This document shows, piece after piece, positions 1 through 13,438 of a stretch of 64,000 nt of DNA. Origin of the DNA: Amphiscolops sp. MND2022 (taxonomy: Eukaryota); NCBI GenBank assembly GCA_964187785.1, contig OZ076414.1, forward strand, positions 68,882,001 to 68,946,000, in the 5' to 3' direction. The first letter of the stretch is position 1. Every line of letters starts with the position of its first letter. The position numbers were made by a program, and so were the translations under genes. Below the pieces are notes generated by a model that was not told where the DNA came from, did no database searches, and was given only the letters and a program-made list of their open reading frames with translations.

Positions 1-305
1 ATAGAATGTACTTTGGCTGAACACCCTTTTGACCTCGGAAGTATGTAGAAGTCGCGGGAACACGTTAGAAACCTTAGGGTTTGTTTTTACAGGCTTGTGG
101 GGCGTGTCCAGACTTTGAGAGTGCCGGCACGTCGCCTCGGAGCTCTGACTAGAGGAGCCTCTTCAGACGAAAGAGATGTCCCCCTAGGAGACCATTTTGG
201 GAATAAAAACTAGTGCCTAGGGTTGTAGTAAGACAACGGTCTCCTGTTTAAGCACCCTAAGCGTTATCCCTTTTCCTAGATGTCCGCCGCTAGCCGGACG
301 TTACA
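1..305 (+). repeat. 5' LTR (3' part) of element A
   Basis: Colinear with 5440-5736, 13880-14143 and 31140-31402; ends GGACGTTACA. Confidence 0.85.
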
Positions 306-321
306 TCTGGAATAGTTTTTA

Positions 322-339
322 TGGCGACCACAGAGAGAT
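322..339 (+). promoter_or_regulatory. Primer-binding site, tRNA-Arg(UCG)-like
   Basis: TGGCGACCACAGAGAG resembles the complement of a metazoan tRNA-Arg(UCG) 3' end (TGGCGACCACGAAGGGA, recalled). It starts 16 nt after the LTR end. Confidence 0.7.
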
Positions 340-819
340 ATTTTTTTTATTTTCACGTCCCAGTAGGTGCAACTCATGCTTTCCAGCCCCGGAGGGTCCA
401 GATCTAGGAGAAGCTTTTTGGAGTGTCCTAGATTGTTTTTATTGCTTTTTTTGAGCTTACTAGGTTTTCTGCTAACGGAATTACCGCGTTTTCTGCATGT
501 TTCCGAGGTCTCGAACAAGAATTAGACAGTTTCAAACGGTGTACCCCCTTTCGCCTTAAGTGTACTTGTTGAAAAAGCTATTCCGGCCTATCCGGCACGT
601 GTTTTAAAGGGCTTTCAAGCTTCTTTTTAGCTAATTGGTAATGTACAGGGACTGAGAGAACACTGCTAGCTGAGTGCAAGACGTCAGGTCCTCCACGTCG
701 CACCCTTCACCTCCCCTTCAACTGCCGAATCTACGACGACAGCTGTGTTATTTCGTTCCCCTTGTATTTAACGGCCCAAAAAGCGTATTCCAAGGCCTAT
801 TCCTACATAAACTAACTGG

Positions 820-3803
820 AAAAAAACCCAGAGGGTGTTCGGACCGGTTTTTAAAAAATTTGAGCGCAAAAACATCGAAAATAACACCATATTAAGCTTA
901 AAAGCAGATTTTACCAATTTTGAAAGTCAAAATTTTGTAGAACTGAATACGGCCAGTGGGAATACTAGAAAAACGTTACAACAGACCTACAAGGTCAAGA
1001 ACAAAACCTTTTGTTTGGCTAAATTGTGAAAATCGCAAAAAATTCAGCAATTCTTGTTTGAAAATCGTCAAATTTGGCCGTTTCGACCAAATTTGGCAAA
1101 GGCGAAGCCTTGGTCATTAGTCAGCAAGTTTTTTGAGCAGCCTAAAAAACTGTTTGTCGACCTTGGTAGTAAAAAACACTACTACCAAGACGGTTTTTAG
1201 CGATCCCCCATATAAATTGAGACTTTGTCAGTGCTTTTCTTTTGTTACAAATGGAACTGAGTGGAGGACCCCCATAGGCCTGAGTGTCAATGAAACTAAA
1301 CTAATTATTGAAATCACCTCAGTCCCTTGAATAAAATTGTTACAAAGAAACAGCAAGTTCTTGGCGAAAATACATATTTTCAGTACTGTTGCGAGAGTGT
1401 AAGAATTGCAATCTGAAAAGATTTGAGAGACCTTGTTTGGAACCTACCAGGTTTCGCTTGCCTATTTTCTGGTAATGTAGGGGGTGACGTTGCAAACGCA
1501 GAAAACCGCGAGTGATTCCGAGCAGTGGTTGCCGAGAAAAAGTTAAAAACGCACTATTTTTGCGACATTTTAAGGATTCGGCAACCACGTTTTTCGACAA
1601 GTCGAAGTCTCTCCTAACAGGAAGAGCAAAAAACGGATTAAACCATCGTGTAGAGCGCCAAAAGTTACGCTAGTAGCGTGATTTTCGTAGCGCTAGTGTC
1701 AATACTCGCCAAGAGATCTTGAGAAATCTTAGCCGCATGTTTGCTCAGAAAGTGCACTAAGTTGCTGAAAAAACGGAAATTTAGTTGAGCACAGTGTGAT
1801 AGCTTCTGGGTATCACAGCACCTAATTTTTTGCATTTTCGCATACGTGGTACCAAATACCGACAATTTGTGCATTTTGAGCAGCCGGGTACTAGCCAAGG
1901 CTGAGAAATTGACACTTTTGTGAAATTTGATAGCAAAAAGTACCTCTGGTACATCAAGTTTTTTTCACATCGAATCACCATATATTAATCCAGTCGCCTC
2001 CGCGCGGTGTTTTTCCGTTACATGGGCAAAATTTACGCTCGCACACAAGATGTCAGGTAGCTAGGACGTGTAGAGGGCAAGTTTGACCACTTTTGTGATT
2101 TTCACGACATGGTCAATATTTTAGTGAACATTGTCAGGTGACCGTAACATCCACAGAATCAATTTTGGCGCAATCAGAGGTTAATTCCCCACGATTCAGC
2201 CCATATAGTAGACAGTGTGAATTTTTCAGGCCGCTTTTAGCAATAGAATTGATTTTCATTTTTCCCGCACGCTTTTTGTCCTTGTACACACCAGTGAAGG
2301 GCTCAAACGACCCGGACAAGTTTTTACAAAATTTGAGCGCGATAACTTTGATTATACTGCTCAATATAGCACAACAGTCGTTTTTATTAATTTTGACAGT
2401 CAAAAGTTTGTAGAAAAGAGTATGGCCAGTAGGAATACAATCAAAACGCTTCACTAGACCTGGTAGGTCAAGAACAAACCTTTTGATTGGCCTAATTGCA
2501 AAAATTGAGAAAAATTTAGCAATTTTTGTTACAAAACCGCCAACCTTGGCCGTTTTGACCAAATTTGGCAAGAGCGAAGCCTTGAGCGTTAGTTCCCAAG
2601 CTTTTCGAACAGCTCAAACGTTTTATTCTGGAGCTTGCAGTAGAAAACCCCACTGCAATGACTGTTTTAGGTCTCCCCTATACAAATCAAAACTTTATCA
2701 GTGCTTTGCTCTGGATATACATAGACCTGAATGCAGGACCCTCATAGGACTGAGCGGTGTAAAAACAAAACCAATAACTAAAATCACCAAAGCCCCTGAA
2801 TAAAGTTGTTATACTTTTTTACACTACTGTTGAAACCATTAGGAACGTCTGAGAACAGAGAAATAAGAGTTTCTTGGTAAAAACACGTAATTTCAACACT
2901 GTTCCGAGAGTGTGAAAAGTGCGAATTGAAAACATTTTGAGAAACCTTATTTGGAACCTGCCAGATTTCGCTTGCCTATTGCTTGTTAATACAGAGCGTA
3001 AAGTTGCAAACGAAGAAAACCGCGAGTGACTCCAACCAGTGGTTGTTGACAAATAGCCAAAAACGTGTTATTTTTGCTACATTTTGTGAACCCCGGAGTA
3101 GTGTCCCCAAGATAGTTCGAAATCTCCTCTAGTAGGAGTAGCCCTCAACGGGTTGCACAATCGTATAGACCGTTAAAAGTTAGGTTAGTGGTTCAGTTTT
3201 CGTAGTAATAGCATTACTAGTTATTGAGAAATCTCAGCTGCAGATTTGCTCAAAAATCGTATGAAAATGTCGAAAAAAAATCGAAGTTTAGTTGAGCATG
3301 GTGCAATACCTTGCAGGTTTCCCAGCACCTAAGTTCTTGCATTTTCGCATACGTGGTACTAAATCCCGAAGGTTTGGGCAATTTGAGCATTCGGCTGCTA
3401 GCCAAAGCTTGAGAAAATGAAAATTTTGTGATTTTTGACCCGAAAAAGTGGTACCTCGGCTACATCAACGTTTTGTCACTTCGAATTGCCAGATATTGAT
3501 ACAGGCACCTCGCTGCCGCGTTTTTATCTGTTTTGTGGGCATGAGCTACGCTCGCATACCAAATTTCATGTAGCTAGGACGCCGGGAAGGCGAGTTTGAC
3601 TAGCTTTTGTGAAATTCACGACGAAGTCAACTATTCAGTGAACATTGTTAAGTAGCCGTAACACTCACAGAGTCAATTTAGGCGCAATCGAAGAAAGTTA
3701 ATTCCCCACGATTCAGCCCATATAGTAGACGGTGTGAATTTTTCAGGTCGCTATTAGCAATAGAAGTGATTTTTATTTTCCCCGCACGCTTTTTGTCCTT
3801 GTA
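820..3803 (+). repeat. Diverged tandem duplication (~1.5 kb unit) in the leader of element A
   Basis: Anchors recur ~1.47-1.52 kb apart (TTTGAGCGC ~860/~2333; CCCACGATTCAGCCCATATAGTAGAC ~2188/~3705). A single homologous unit lies at ~14680-16170. Confidence 0.8.
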
Positions 3804-5179
3804 CCTTGTCAAACGACCCCAGCAGTACACCGAGCACCCTCAGCACGTCTTGTTGAGTCACTTTGGTTGGTGCTAAAGATTGCGGGTCTCCGAGAAAACT
3901 CTAAAAATCGAAATTCGCGTCCTGACTGCTATCAAAGTCCCCTAAGTGCAAGTTATTCGTTGTGAACGCGCATGCTTGGTACCCTGTGTTTTTTTGGGTG
4001 CTGGAGCAGGTTCATAGGCACTTTAAGAGATTTAGAGTTTGAACGCGGTGCGTGTCAAAACAGAACAACAATTACAGTAGTGGCTACCATAGTTGAGATT
4101 GTTTTTCTGATCTCACTTTTGTCTTCAGGCAAGAAATCACTTCAAGGTCCTTCCTCCTATTTACCTCCAAGGCCTATTCTCAGTCTCTAATCACATTTAC
4201 GTCTTTACTTATGTTCTCCAGAAACAGGGAAGCATGAACGACAAACGGACTTTTCAGACAATCCTGGCGTCTGTAGCGAAGCAGGCTTCTCAAAAAATCG
4301 GTGTTCGTTGCTCGATTCATGTCTAAGGTGTACCTCAGTTCTCGTTACCACAGTGGTGTGAACCATGTCGATGTGAAAACATCGGACAAGAGATACCTGT
4401 TCTCTCCCGAGAGAAATCAACACCAAGCATGATAAAACACCTGAGCTTCGAAGCTCTGAGAACTGCTTTGCCAGCGGCCGTGCTTTTGAACTTGAATGGT
4501 TGCTTGGAACTTGTTTTTAATGCCGGAGACTGTTTTCAAGATCTATCATGCCTGATTTTCGACTTTTATTGGATCTGATCTGTCATCGCTACTGACATAA
4601 TCATCATCTTGAGAAGCAGATTATTTCCATCTCTTACATATACACTGGTGCTTATACTACCTAGATGATACCTTTACCTTTACCTGAGCGTACACTGTTA
4701 ACACAATAGATTGAATGGGGTCTCACTTTTGGTGATAGTTTGAATTTTTGAGCTCTCTTTTTCCATTGGTGCTGGTTATTGTGCGGTTTCTGTTGGCCAT
4801 GAACCACGACACTTTTGCAATACCACTGATGCTACTTTTATTTTCACTTTTCAAGTCCTATTGTGCATTTTGTAACACCTAACCTATCAGGTGGGCCCCC
4901 GGCTAGTGTGGAACCTGTTTTGATGAGTGCTTTTCATACTTATAAATATGCGGTAACACGAAGTGCTAATTATTTTGTGCGAAAAGGAAAGTTGCGAAAC
5001 GTTTTGAACACAATGCTAAGTGTCTAAAGTTGCTAATGCTTTTCCAGTCCAAGAACCCATTGTTGGTATGGAATCCAAGGAAGCCTGCTAGGTTCGCGCC
5101 AAAACACTGGATGGTGGCAACCAAGGTGTGAACATCCTCTGTCGTTTGTCGAGGGCGACAAACAACGGCCCGGGGAGGA

Positions 5180-5736
5180 TTTAACGTACAGCAAAAGACG
5201 TTGCAAAGTTTCGATCAAAAATTCGAAATGTGCGGTATCAAATAAACACATTCAAGATGGCCGACCCACAGGTACAAGAATCGTAGAAGAACTCCAAAAG
5301 GACACAAGGAGAAGACCCAACCCCCACACCCTCAAGACGATCTCGAAAGCATGAAGACAGAGCCACAGGCAAGGAAGAGAGCGCCGTGTTGTGTCATTCT
5401 ACTCGAAAAGATGCCCCAGACACCCGAAAGAGGGATATTACCAAACAATGGTGTCTCCTTTTTGGACCTCGGAAGTATGTTGGAAGTCGCAGGAGCACGT
5501 TAGGAACATAGGATTCGTTTTTACAGGCTTGTGGGACGTGTCCTGACTTTGAGAGTGCCGGCGCGTCGCCTCAGAGCTCTAACGGATGAGCCTCCTTTAC
5601 GTCAGAATAGTCCACCTGGGAGACCATTTTGAGATAAAAACTAGGGTCTAGGGCTGTAGTAAGACAACGGTCTCCCGTTTAAGCATCCTAGGCATTATCC
5701 CAATTCTAGGATGTACGCTACTAGCTGGACGTTACA
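5180..5736 (+). repeat. 3' LTR of element A
   Basis: Follows PPT GGCCCGGGGAGGA; starts TTTAACG (TGTAACG variant) and ends CGTTACA. Confidence 0.75.
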
Positions 5737-7830
5737 AAACTTTTCCGTACAGAGAACTTGTTATCTCCGTCCGTTCTACAGTAATAAATCTGTGGTTCAG
5801 AACTAAATTCAAAAAACGACAAAGAAACTTTCTTCAAGAATGTGGCCATCAGCTTTGTCATCTAATAACGAAATATCTGAAAAGACTTTGTTGCAAGGCT
5901 AGTCTAGGGCAAGGTTGTTTCAAACATGAAGTCTTAGCTGATATGATTCACCCAAAAAGATAAGCTGTTCATTTTCTCCATAAAGCGTCAAAAGATACAA
6001 ATGCAAACTCCATTTCATCAAAATCTTGAAAACAACTCCAGGCATGGACGGAGACCGGATTATACCTATTGCTTTTCGTTTTATCCTCTCTGAATGAAAT
6101 TGTTTTCGAAAAACTACTTCAAGAGTTTAGCATGTTGAGGATAGAGACCTCACCAAGTTTCATATCTTGCTATTCTAAAATAGTGATATAATTATAAAAA
6201 TTCTCCTGAACATTTCGAATCTGACAATATTTTGTTCCAAAAATTTAGTAAGTTGTATTAGAATGAACTTGATTTAAGTTGTTAAGTTTCAAAGTCGTAT
6301 CTTAATACATGTATTTTTGAAAAGGCTTGATTTTACAGCCTATTTTTCTACATTTTTAAAATTAATTGTAAAAATCAAAACATATCAAGGCCTTCAGGAA
6401 ATATTGAGGGATCCATTGAACATGAAATTTTCCAAAAAAAATATACAAAAGCAGACCAAAGGTGAGAAAAACCTCATTTTGGCCTTAATTCGGCCAAAAC
6501 CTACAAAACGTCGCGACTCGGAGTTGCAGCCAAATTTCGAATGCATCTTATAGGCAGCTTGATGAAATTAAATTGAATCAGTGAAGTTTCATTGCATGGA
6601 AGTTTTCTAGAGAATTATATAAAATCATGGTAACCTACAGAAACCTGCTAAAAAGTTCAAGCAATTTCCACCAGGGAGCCTATCGTAGCTTTTAAAAATT
6701 TTCATTGCATAATTTTCAAGCACATATTTTTTCATCTTGTATAGAATGATTGCGCCACGAGTACATGAGCTCTTCTTGTTAGGTATTCACCTTGACATGG
6801 TGAAACTGCAATAGACAAAACAAAGTTGAATCGATAATCTCTTCAATTTTAGGATTCATGGGAAAAATTGAATGTTATTCATGATAGTTTACAACATGAA
6901 CGTTCATGATCCCAGCACTGGAGTATTCGTGTTCCTCTTGTTAGGAAACATTCACTGCCCCATTGACGCACCAAGCAAGAAGTGACGTCATTATTAACAC
7001 CATAGCGTTCTGTGTTTGGAAGTAAGACCCACTGTGCACCGTCTGAAAATGTACATTTTTGAAACAGTTATAAAGTTCTTCGGAATTTTATGCTTTTATA
7101 AGATGTTTTCGAATACTCAACTCTTATTTAATAGAAACTTTCGGATCTCTTTGACTATGTCCCCCCTATAGGAAAAAGGGAGGACAAAGTGAATCGCTCT
7201 TAAATTCAAAGTATCAAGATTGGCTGTGCAGGGACAATTTTAAATACATGTATGAAGTATCAACGCTTCTGATTGGCTGAGTAGGGATTTTGATAATAGC
7301 GCCAATAAAATGAAATGTTAGGGGAACATAGTGTAACGTGTCAGTCAACGGGGGGGGGTGGGGTGCAGAATCAAAGATATCCAAACTTTTTTTGAAATAA
7401 GTTTTTAAAGTTTTATATGTTCTAGGAGCACCAAATGAACCGTGCTGATGAATTGCTTTGATCGTTGTCAAAATCCAGCGTTTAGACAAACTTTGCGAAG
7501 GGGTATGACTGAATGATTCCAAACTACAGCACATAGAATGCTATGACTCTTTTCATTTTGCAGATTTTCACAGTTTTCAAATCATCAATTTCAACTGCAA
7601 AATACAACAGTCATCAACCGTATTATTTACCTGATAAACATTCTGACACTCAACTGTGGGGATAGACTTTGGAGAATTGCTCGCTGTCAGCGCTTCGTAC
7701 TGAAAGACAGCAACTGGCTGATACGATTTAAACCAAAACGTAATTAAGTAAACAAAACAACATTACTCCAAATGGCAGGTCGCTAAGAAAAGAAGACAAA
7801 ACTCTTGGAGTTCCTCATTTTAGAAGCTCT

Positions 7831-8281
7831 TCATAGACCCTTGCATAGAGGTTCAAGAGAAACTATTCTACTAACCACATCTTGTGTTATTCGGATTGAT
7901 ACGTCTCGATACAATTTGACGACTGATTCGGAGTCGTTGTCGTTTAGAAACTGATACACGAAAACTTGTTCAGAAGACGAAACGTCTCCAAATTTGTGAA
8001 ACTCAGTAAGATTGAGATCAACTGTTGAAACTGAAACAAGACACAAGCTATGCAGCGGGATATTTTCCGCCTTCAAGTAGCTTACAAAAGACACCTAATC
8101 GAACATTTAACTCATCCTTGGTAAAACCCAATTTACTCGAAACTCGGTTGTAGCGCAGTATTTTCGAACCTCCGCTTTCTCCGTAGTAAAATAAAATTAA
8201 CTTCGGATATAATGTCAAACGTTCGGATATAGCACGCTGGGACAAATGGGAGCGTCTGTTTTCGAAGCACCGCCTCCTCAT
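7831..8281 (-). pseudogene. Unidentified coding remnant (two overlapping ORFs, probable frameshift)
   Basis: ORFs 8048-8281 and 7831-8094 have protein-like composition but no recognisable motif. Confidence 0.25.
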
Positions 8282-8590
8282 CAGTAAAACGCAATAATAA
8301 AATCTAAAATATTTAAGTAACTAAAATACTCAATATATAAGTGAGGTCGATCAAGAAACTGGAGGAGATTTGGCAGAATTTGTAAAAAAAAACACAACAA
8401 AGATCATGAATTTCCTCCCCCAATATGTGGCGGAAAATAACAAGATGTGCTTGAACTTGCGGGTAGAAACCTCAACATAAGAAAACTCAACACTAAAACT
8501 CAACCTTTTTCATTGCATTTAATTAATTTCAGTTAACACCTCATTTTTCCCACCTTAAAATGTTTTCCATGTTGAAACGTTGTTTACATT

Positions 8591-8740
8591 CCCGGGTTGA
8601 TCCGCCATGCATATCTAAGTAAGATCTTGGCAAGATCTTGGTGAGGTATTGGAATGATCCTGGCTGAGCTCTTGCCAAGATCTTGCCATGGTTTTCATTT
8701 TGCCATGGTATGACCTAATCAAGAGAGTCATGTTCCAAGA
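8591..8740. repeat. CAAGATCTTGG short-repeat MITE-family fragment
   Basis: Repeated CAAGATCTTG(G/C) units, the same as at 59194-60004. Confidence 0.55.
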
Positions 8741-10612
8741 AATTGTAAAATCCTATTTGGCCAGAAAAAGTTTGAAAGGAAGTCAACATAAATCAACATC
8801 TATACTTATTTATATTGTTAGACATGACAATTTTCTGTTAGCAAGGTTTGAAATTTGAATTAGGAATCCTCAGGCTATTTATTTAGGGTGGCACTGAATA
8901 AATTGTTCTATCAATTTCAAAACAGTCTCCAACTACGGCGTCAGAAAAGCCTGGAGCTGAATTATTAACCAAACCAGGGCAATAATTGCCGTTATTCGCA
9001 GTAATCTTGCTGAGACAGGCTCGAAGAAAGCTGGAGATATGAGTTCATCATACTTTACGGATTTCTAAGTGTTCCATGTGTAACTTTGCGCTAGTTGCTC
9101 TGGACGTTCGAGAGCACTTTTCTGCGTCTCTGGAATCGACAGGAGTGAAAACTTACAAGTTTTCAAAAGCCCCTAAAAGGAGCGTTCATTTGGTACATTT
9201 GCATTTCTCAGTCCGGTGGGGAGTTATTATCATTCTCGTCAGAAGAATTTCGGAAGCCAGATAACGTTATCTTGATTTTTTGCGTGCAATTTTGATTCAG
9301 AAGGTTGAAGTATTTTGATTATGAGAACGAGTAGAAAGAGTTGTTGTTGGGTGCAATGAGCCTTTAGACTGAGTCTCGGTTGCTTGTAACGTAGGTATAG
9401 TGGTTTTTATAATCTTAGAATTTTGTCCATCGTGATACGATACGATTTTGGAGTATTGTATCAGCTTGGTAAGATCCTAATAAGAGTCCGTTATGGGTTC
9501 CGCGTTGAGTTTTCTTGTTTTGAGTTTTCTAGTAATCGAATTTGCAAACGAGTTTAGGAAGCTTAAGAAATCTGAGCAGTAATTTAGTGAATCATTCAAT
9601 TTCATTTTTCGTAGCCTGTAAAAAATGGAACAGTTTTCTAGTTTTCGGCAGCGCGTTGACAAAAGACAATTCTAGGAACTATCGCTTTTGTTAGATTGAT
9701 TCTGTATGTTTTCTGGTTGCAGTGACGACCAAAATTATTTGTTTTAAAGGTAAAGAGCAGAAGGAAACAAAACACTAACCATCGTTATCGCCCAAAACCT
9801 GCGCTGTAGCCAAGCTTATATCAGATTCCCCAGTTGTCTGAAAACAACGTTCGCGTTAAAACTGATTTCTGGTTAAATTTCCGTATTATGACAAATTGTA
9901 TCTGTTTCTTATCGATATTTCCTGCGAAGTTTCCAAACGACTATTGACGGGTCCATCACCCTCTTTACTTACTCTCATTTTAAAAACGGGGGACAAAACG
10001 AACAAAAATCATTTTTGAGAAACCTGGTGATAGGTTTTATTGGCTGAAAACAATCTAGCCTTGTAGCTGAATTATTATGATCAAAATTGGATCAAACTTG
10101 AGTTTTATTGCTTTTGGCGACTAATCTTGGCGTTGTTGATCTTATTATTTATCAAGGTTCGAAAATTTATTTATCCTTCAGCTGATAGCAAAATAGCTGT
10201 CTGAAAAATATTAAAAGTTGTTGTTGAGCAAATAAGTCATCCGAAATGTTTCTGTCTTTTTTCATAATAAGGGAAACATTTAAACTTGAAGCACTGACTT
10301 TTTCCAAAGGAAATATCACCGAAGTATCTTCTGTATTGATATAAATCTGAAACATAGATGAAATATGGATCTCTCAAACTGACAGTAAAGCCCAGAATAG
10401 TAACTAAACTTACAACGCCCCAAAGGTACGAGTCAGAAACTCGAATCCCGCATCCGTTAACATCGTCAAAACTCGGGGCCAAGTCAATTTTGATCGAGAA
10501 GACACTGCTGGCACTGCCATCAATGGGGCAACCTGCCTTGTCCTCGATTGTGAAGTTTGAGACTGACAACCTGTCTGCAAACATCAAAACGTTTCTTCAA
10601 GGTTCTTCCCAT

Positions 10613-11169
10613 GGTTACCAGTCACTTGGCTTAATACCATTTGGCTTAATTTTTTCGTCGAGTCATTTGGCTTAAAAATTTTGAGCCAAGTGACCATAAA
10701 ATTAAGCCAACTCCATTTCAACTCTAGGAATAAATATGTCAACTCCCGGAAATATCATAATGTGGGGCATATCCGGTGTATGCACGCTCGCCCTCACCGT
10801 CGCAAAGACCAGCTCCCACTACGATCGCTTCGCGATCTTCGTTCCCGCTAGGTCTTTGCTCCTGTTCGACCTCGCTTAGCAAGATGGGAATATAAGTGGC
10901 CCCAAGGGGCCGCAGGGCACTAGAGGAAATGGGGACATATCCGAGGGGTACTTGATATGACATGTTATAATAATACGCTGACTACGTTATAAAGATAAAT
11001 TCGACAAAATCTGCCACGTGTTTTCAGCTAACTGGTTTTAAGTCAAATGACTTTAAGCCAAGTGACCAATACCCGAGACACTTAGCTTAAAAAAATTAAG
11101 CCAAGTGACCAATTGTATTAAGCCAAATGACTTTAAGCCAAATGGCATTAAGCCAAGTGACCATTTACC
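10613..11169. mobile_element. MITE-1 with subterminal TTAAGCCAA(G/A)TG repeats
   Basis: Imperfect TIR GGTTACCAGTCACTTGGCTTAA / TTAAGCCAAGTGACCATTTACC; 8-bp TSD CTTCCCAT/TTTCCCAT. Confidence 0.8.
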
Positions 11170-12410
11170 TTTCCCATGAGTTGTGCGATTTTGAACGAAT
11201 TTTTGGTACATTGTTGAAAAACTCATCGAAAATTGTTGATATCGGCAGTTGCCGTTACAAGTGATTGGACATGTTTCGACACAATGAATCTATGAATTCT
11301 CACTTTGGCGTTTTCTTGCATTACTGTCCTGCGGAAACTATGTCTGGGTTTTGAAATGTGGCTTGAAAGATAATTTAATATTTAAGTATTAAGTTCGGTC
11401 AAATATACGCAAGGATGTGTTGAAGGTTTCTAACTTACAAAATCCGTTAATGAAAACTTTTCGAACTGATTGAATTCCTCCATCGCTGAAATCGTATCCA
11501 GATTTGCCTTGACACTGGATCTTTTCAGTTTGATTTGTGTTGAAACTCATGAAGGAATCTGGACTAAGATGCTAAAAGGAAATACATTTGAGATCGTTTT
11601 TCATATAGATTCGAAAAAAGTTTACATACTGTTCCAGTTAGTGGCTTCGCCTTTCATAGTGAAACCAAGTATGATGATCAGAAGTGTGCATTGCATCCCA
11701 AAGTTCACCATTATCGAAGTCTTGCTAGCCTGTGAAGAAAAAAGACTCGGTATCATAATTTGTTTGAACAAATATCTAAGCTGAATGAATTGTTTCAATT
11801 TCCCTAGGGCGAACACCTGATTTTTCAGCTGGCTTCTGCAAAACCAATGTTCAGAAGGACATTTAAAACTTTTTGTCAATTGATTGGACGACCATTGAGA
11901 AAAGTTGATACAGATGAAAAAGACTGAAAAACGAGTACTCACGTTTTTGGCAACAAAAATTGTTGAAATGATGGTTTTACGCAAATCCAATACCCTGATA
12001 GGAGAAGTTTGCGTTTCGGTCAAGTTGAACAATGCAAGAAATTAAATTGAGATCACTTATATACCTTGAAGAATTCTTCGATAAATTTGAGGTGATCATT
12101 CATAAGATGTTTTGGAATTTTCCTGCCTCCGGATTCCGGCGGAAATTCAGGCGAAAACAACATTTTATTTTAGGCCATGACCAATTATGGCTCTCAGTTG
12201 ATACTGTTGCATGAAATACTGATTCCAAGAGATCAAAGTTCGAATCAATTCACATCAATGTACCACAAAAGAACGGAAGCAATGAGAAAACCAATAAGAT
12301 TCACAACATAACATTTGTTTTAGTGCCTAGTTGGGGCGAGATGTTTTAAAGTTCGTGGAGACTTTGTATTCATTGTAAATACAGCAGTGAAGCATCATAC
12401 TAGTACCATC

Positions 12411-13243
12411 TTTTTAGTCGGCGCTTTTAAAAATACAAGAGCCTGACGGTGCCGTTGTAAGTTCGCCATATTTAAGTTTGCCACGTATAAGTTAGCCCGT
12501 AAAACTTAGCCACGTTTAAGTTAGCCACCATATAAGATCCCCACGTTTATTTTAGCCACATTTCAGCTGATGAAAGAATTCCATATCAGCGATTATTTGC
12601 ATTTGGTTATATTTAGTGGCGATTAGCATACTTGTTGTATGGCTCGGTCGCTTCGCTCCCTTCGCCAAGTAGCAACATTGAGGCATGGCCATATGGCACG
12701 TCGCTCCGCTTCGCTTCGCTCCTGCATTTAGGGCACTAGGGGTATGTGAACATATCTGACTACGTTATCGTAATTTTGAATGCTCGAATTTGATTGGCCG
12801 AAAATGTGGCGAACTTGTATGTGGCGAACATATATGGTGGCTAAATTAAATATGGCTAAGATTTACGGGCTAACTTAAATGTGGCGAACTTAAAAGTGGC
12901 GAACTTAAACGGACACGGAGCCCGACTATTACAGTCATTTCTTTTTTTCTTTTTTTTTAGTATAGACTCGAAGCGACGAACGTTAACGTTCAGTATGTTA
13001 ATATGTCAAATGAAGGAAGCTAAACGAATACCGAGAAACGCATCTAAATTATTCCAAAGGGTCCTTCCTTTTGGTTTTTTACTTTTTAAACGTAGCCTAC
13101 AAAACTGGATGAGTGTAAAGGTCCCCTTTTCAATTTTTTTCAACATTGTGCGGCTTTTTTCGATTTTTTTTGTCTCCAAAGGGTCCCTTCCATTTTATTT
13201 GACCTTTAGATACAGCGCGGACTTGAGACGTTCCAGTCTTTTT
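12411..13243 (+). mobile_element. Decayed Helentron-associated element (HINE/DINE-1-like) interrupted by MITE-2
   Basis: 5' TTTTTAGTCGGCGC, degenerate 3' GCGCGGACTTGAGACGTTCCAGTCTTTTT; colinear with 53082-53570. Confidence 0.6.
12447..12917. mobile_element. MITE-2 with ~120-bp TIRs built of AAGTT(C/A)GCCAC units
   Basis: Long imperfect TIRs 12447-12565 / 12795-12917; 8-bp TSD GAGCCTGA/GAGCCCGA. Confidence 0.8.
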
Positions 13244-13438
13244 AATTCTTCATGGAACTCATAGCTACTGTTTAACCACTTCACGTAACCAGAGGGTTAG
13301 GTCTCCCGGAAAACAATGTTCGGACCTGTCGACCGATTCTAAATAGTACCTGTTCTTTAATTTGACAAGTGCTGAATTCACACTTGCCTGAACTTGGATG
13401 AAAGTATCTCGGAACATATTATCTTAAACCTCACACAT

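Larger units (their letters stand above)
1..5736 (+). mobile_element. Non-autonomous LTR retroelement A (LARD-like; 5' end outside window), related to the large Gypsy at 13439-31402
   Basis: LTR tail 1-305 ends CGTTACA, then PBS. Leader 330-4200 is homologous to 14160-16600. PPT CCCGGGGAGGA precedes a second LTR 5180-5736 ending CGTTACA. No gag/pol ORF inside. Confidence 0.8.

Noticed and set aside
4225-4580. Possible ORF remnant inside element A
   Set aside because: Short, interrupted by a stop, and not similar to gag/pol of the giant element.
9240-9700. Possible Penelope/LINE N-terminal remnant on the minus strand
   Set aside because: No RT or GIY-YIG motif is recognisable.
10150-12300. 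Possible decayed gene (a YDTESFFF...HTSD stretch on the minus strand resembles the PolB YxDTDS motif of Polintons)
   Set aside because: All frames have many stops and no other PolB motifs were found, so the similarity is too weak.
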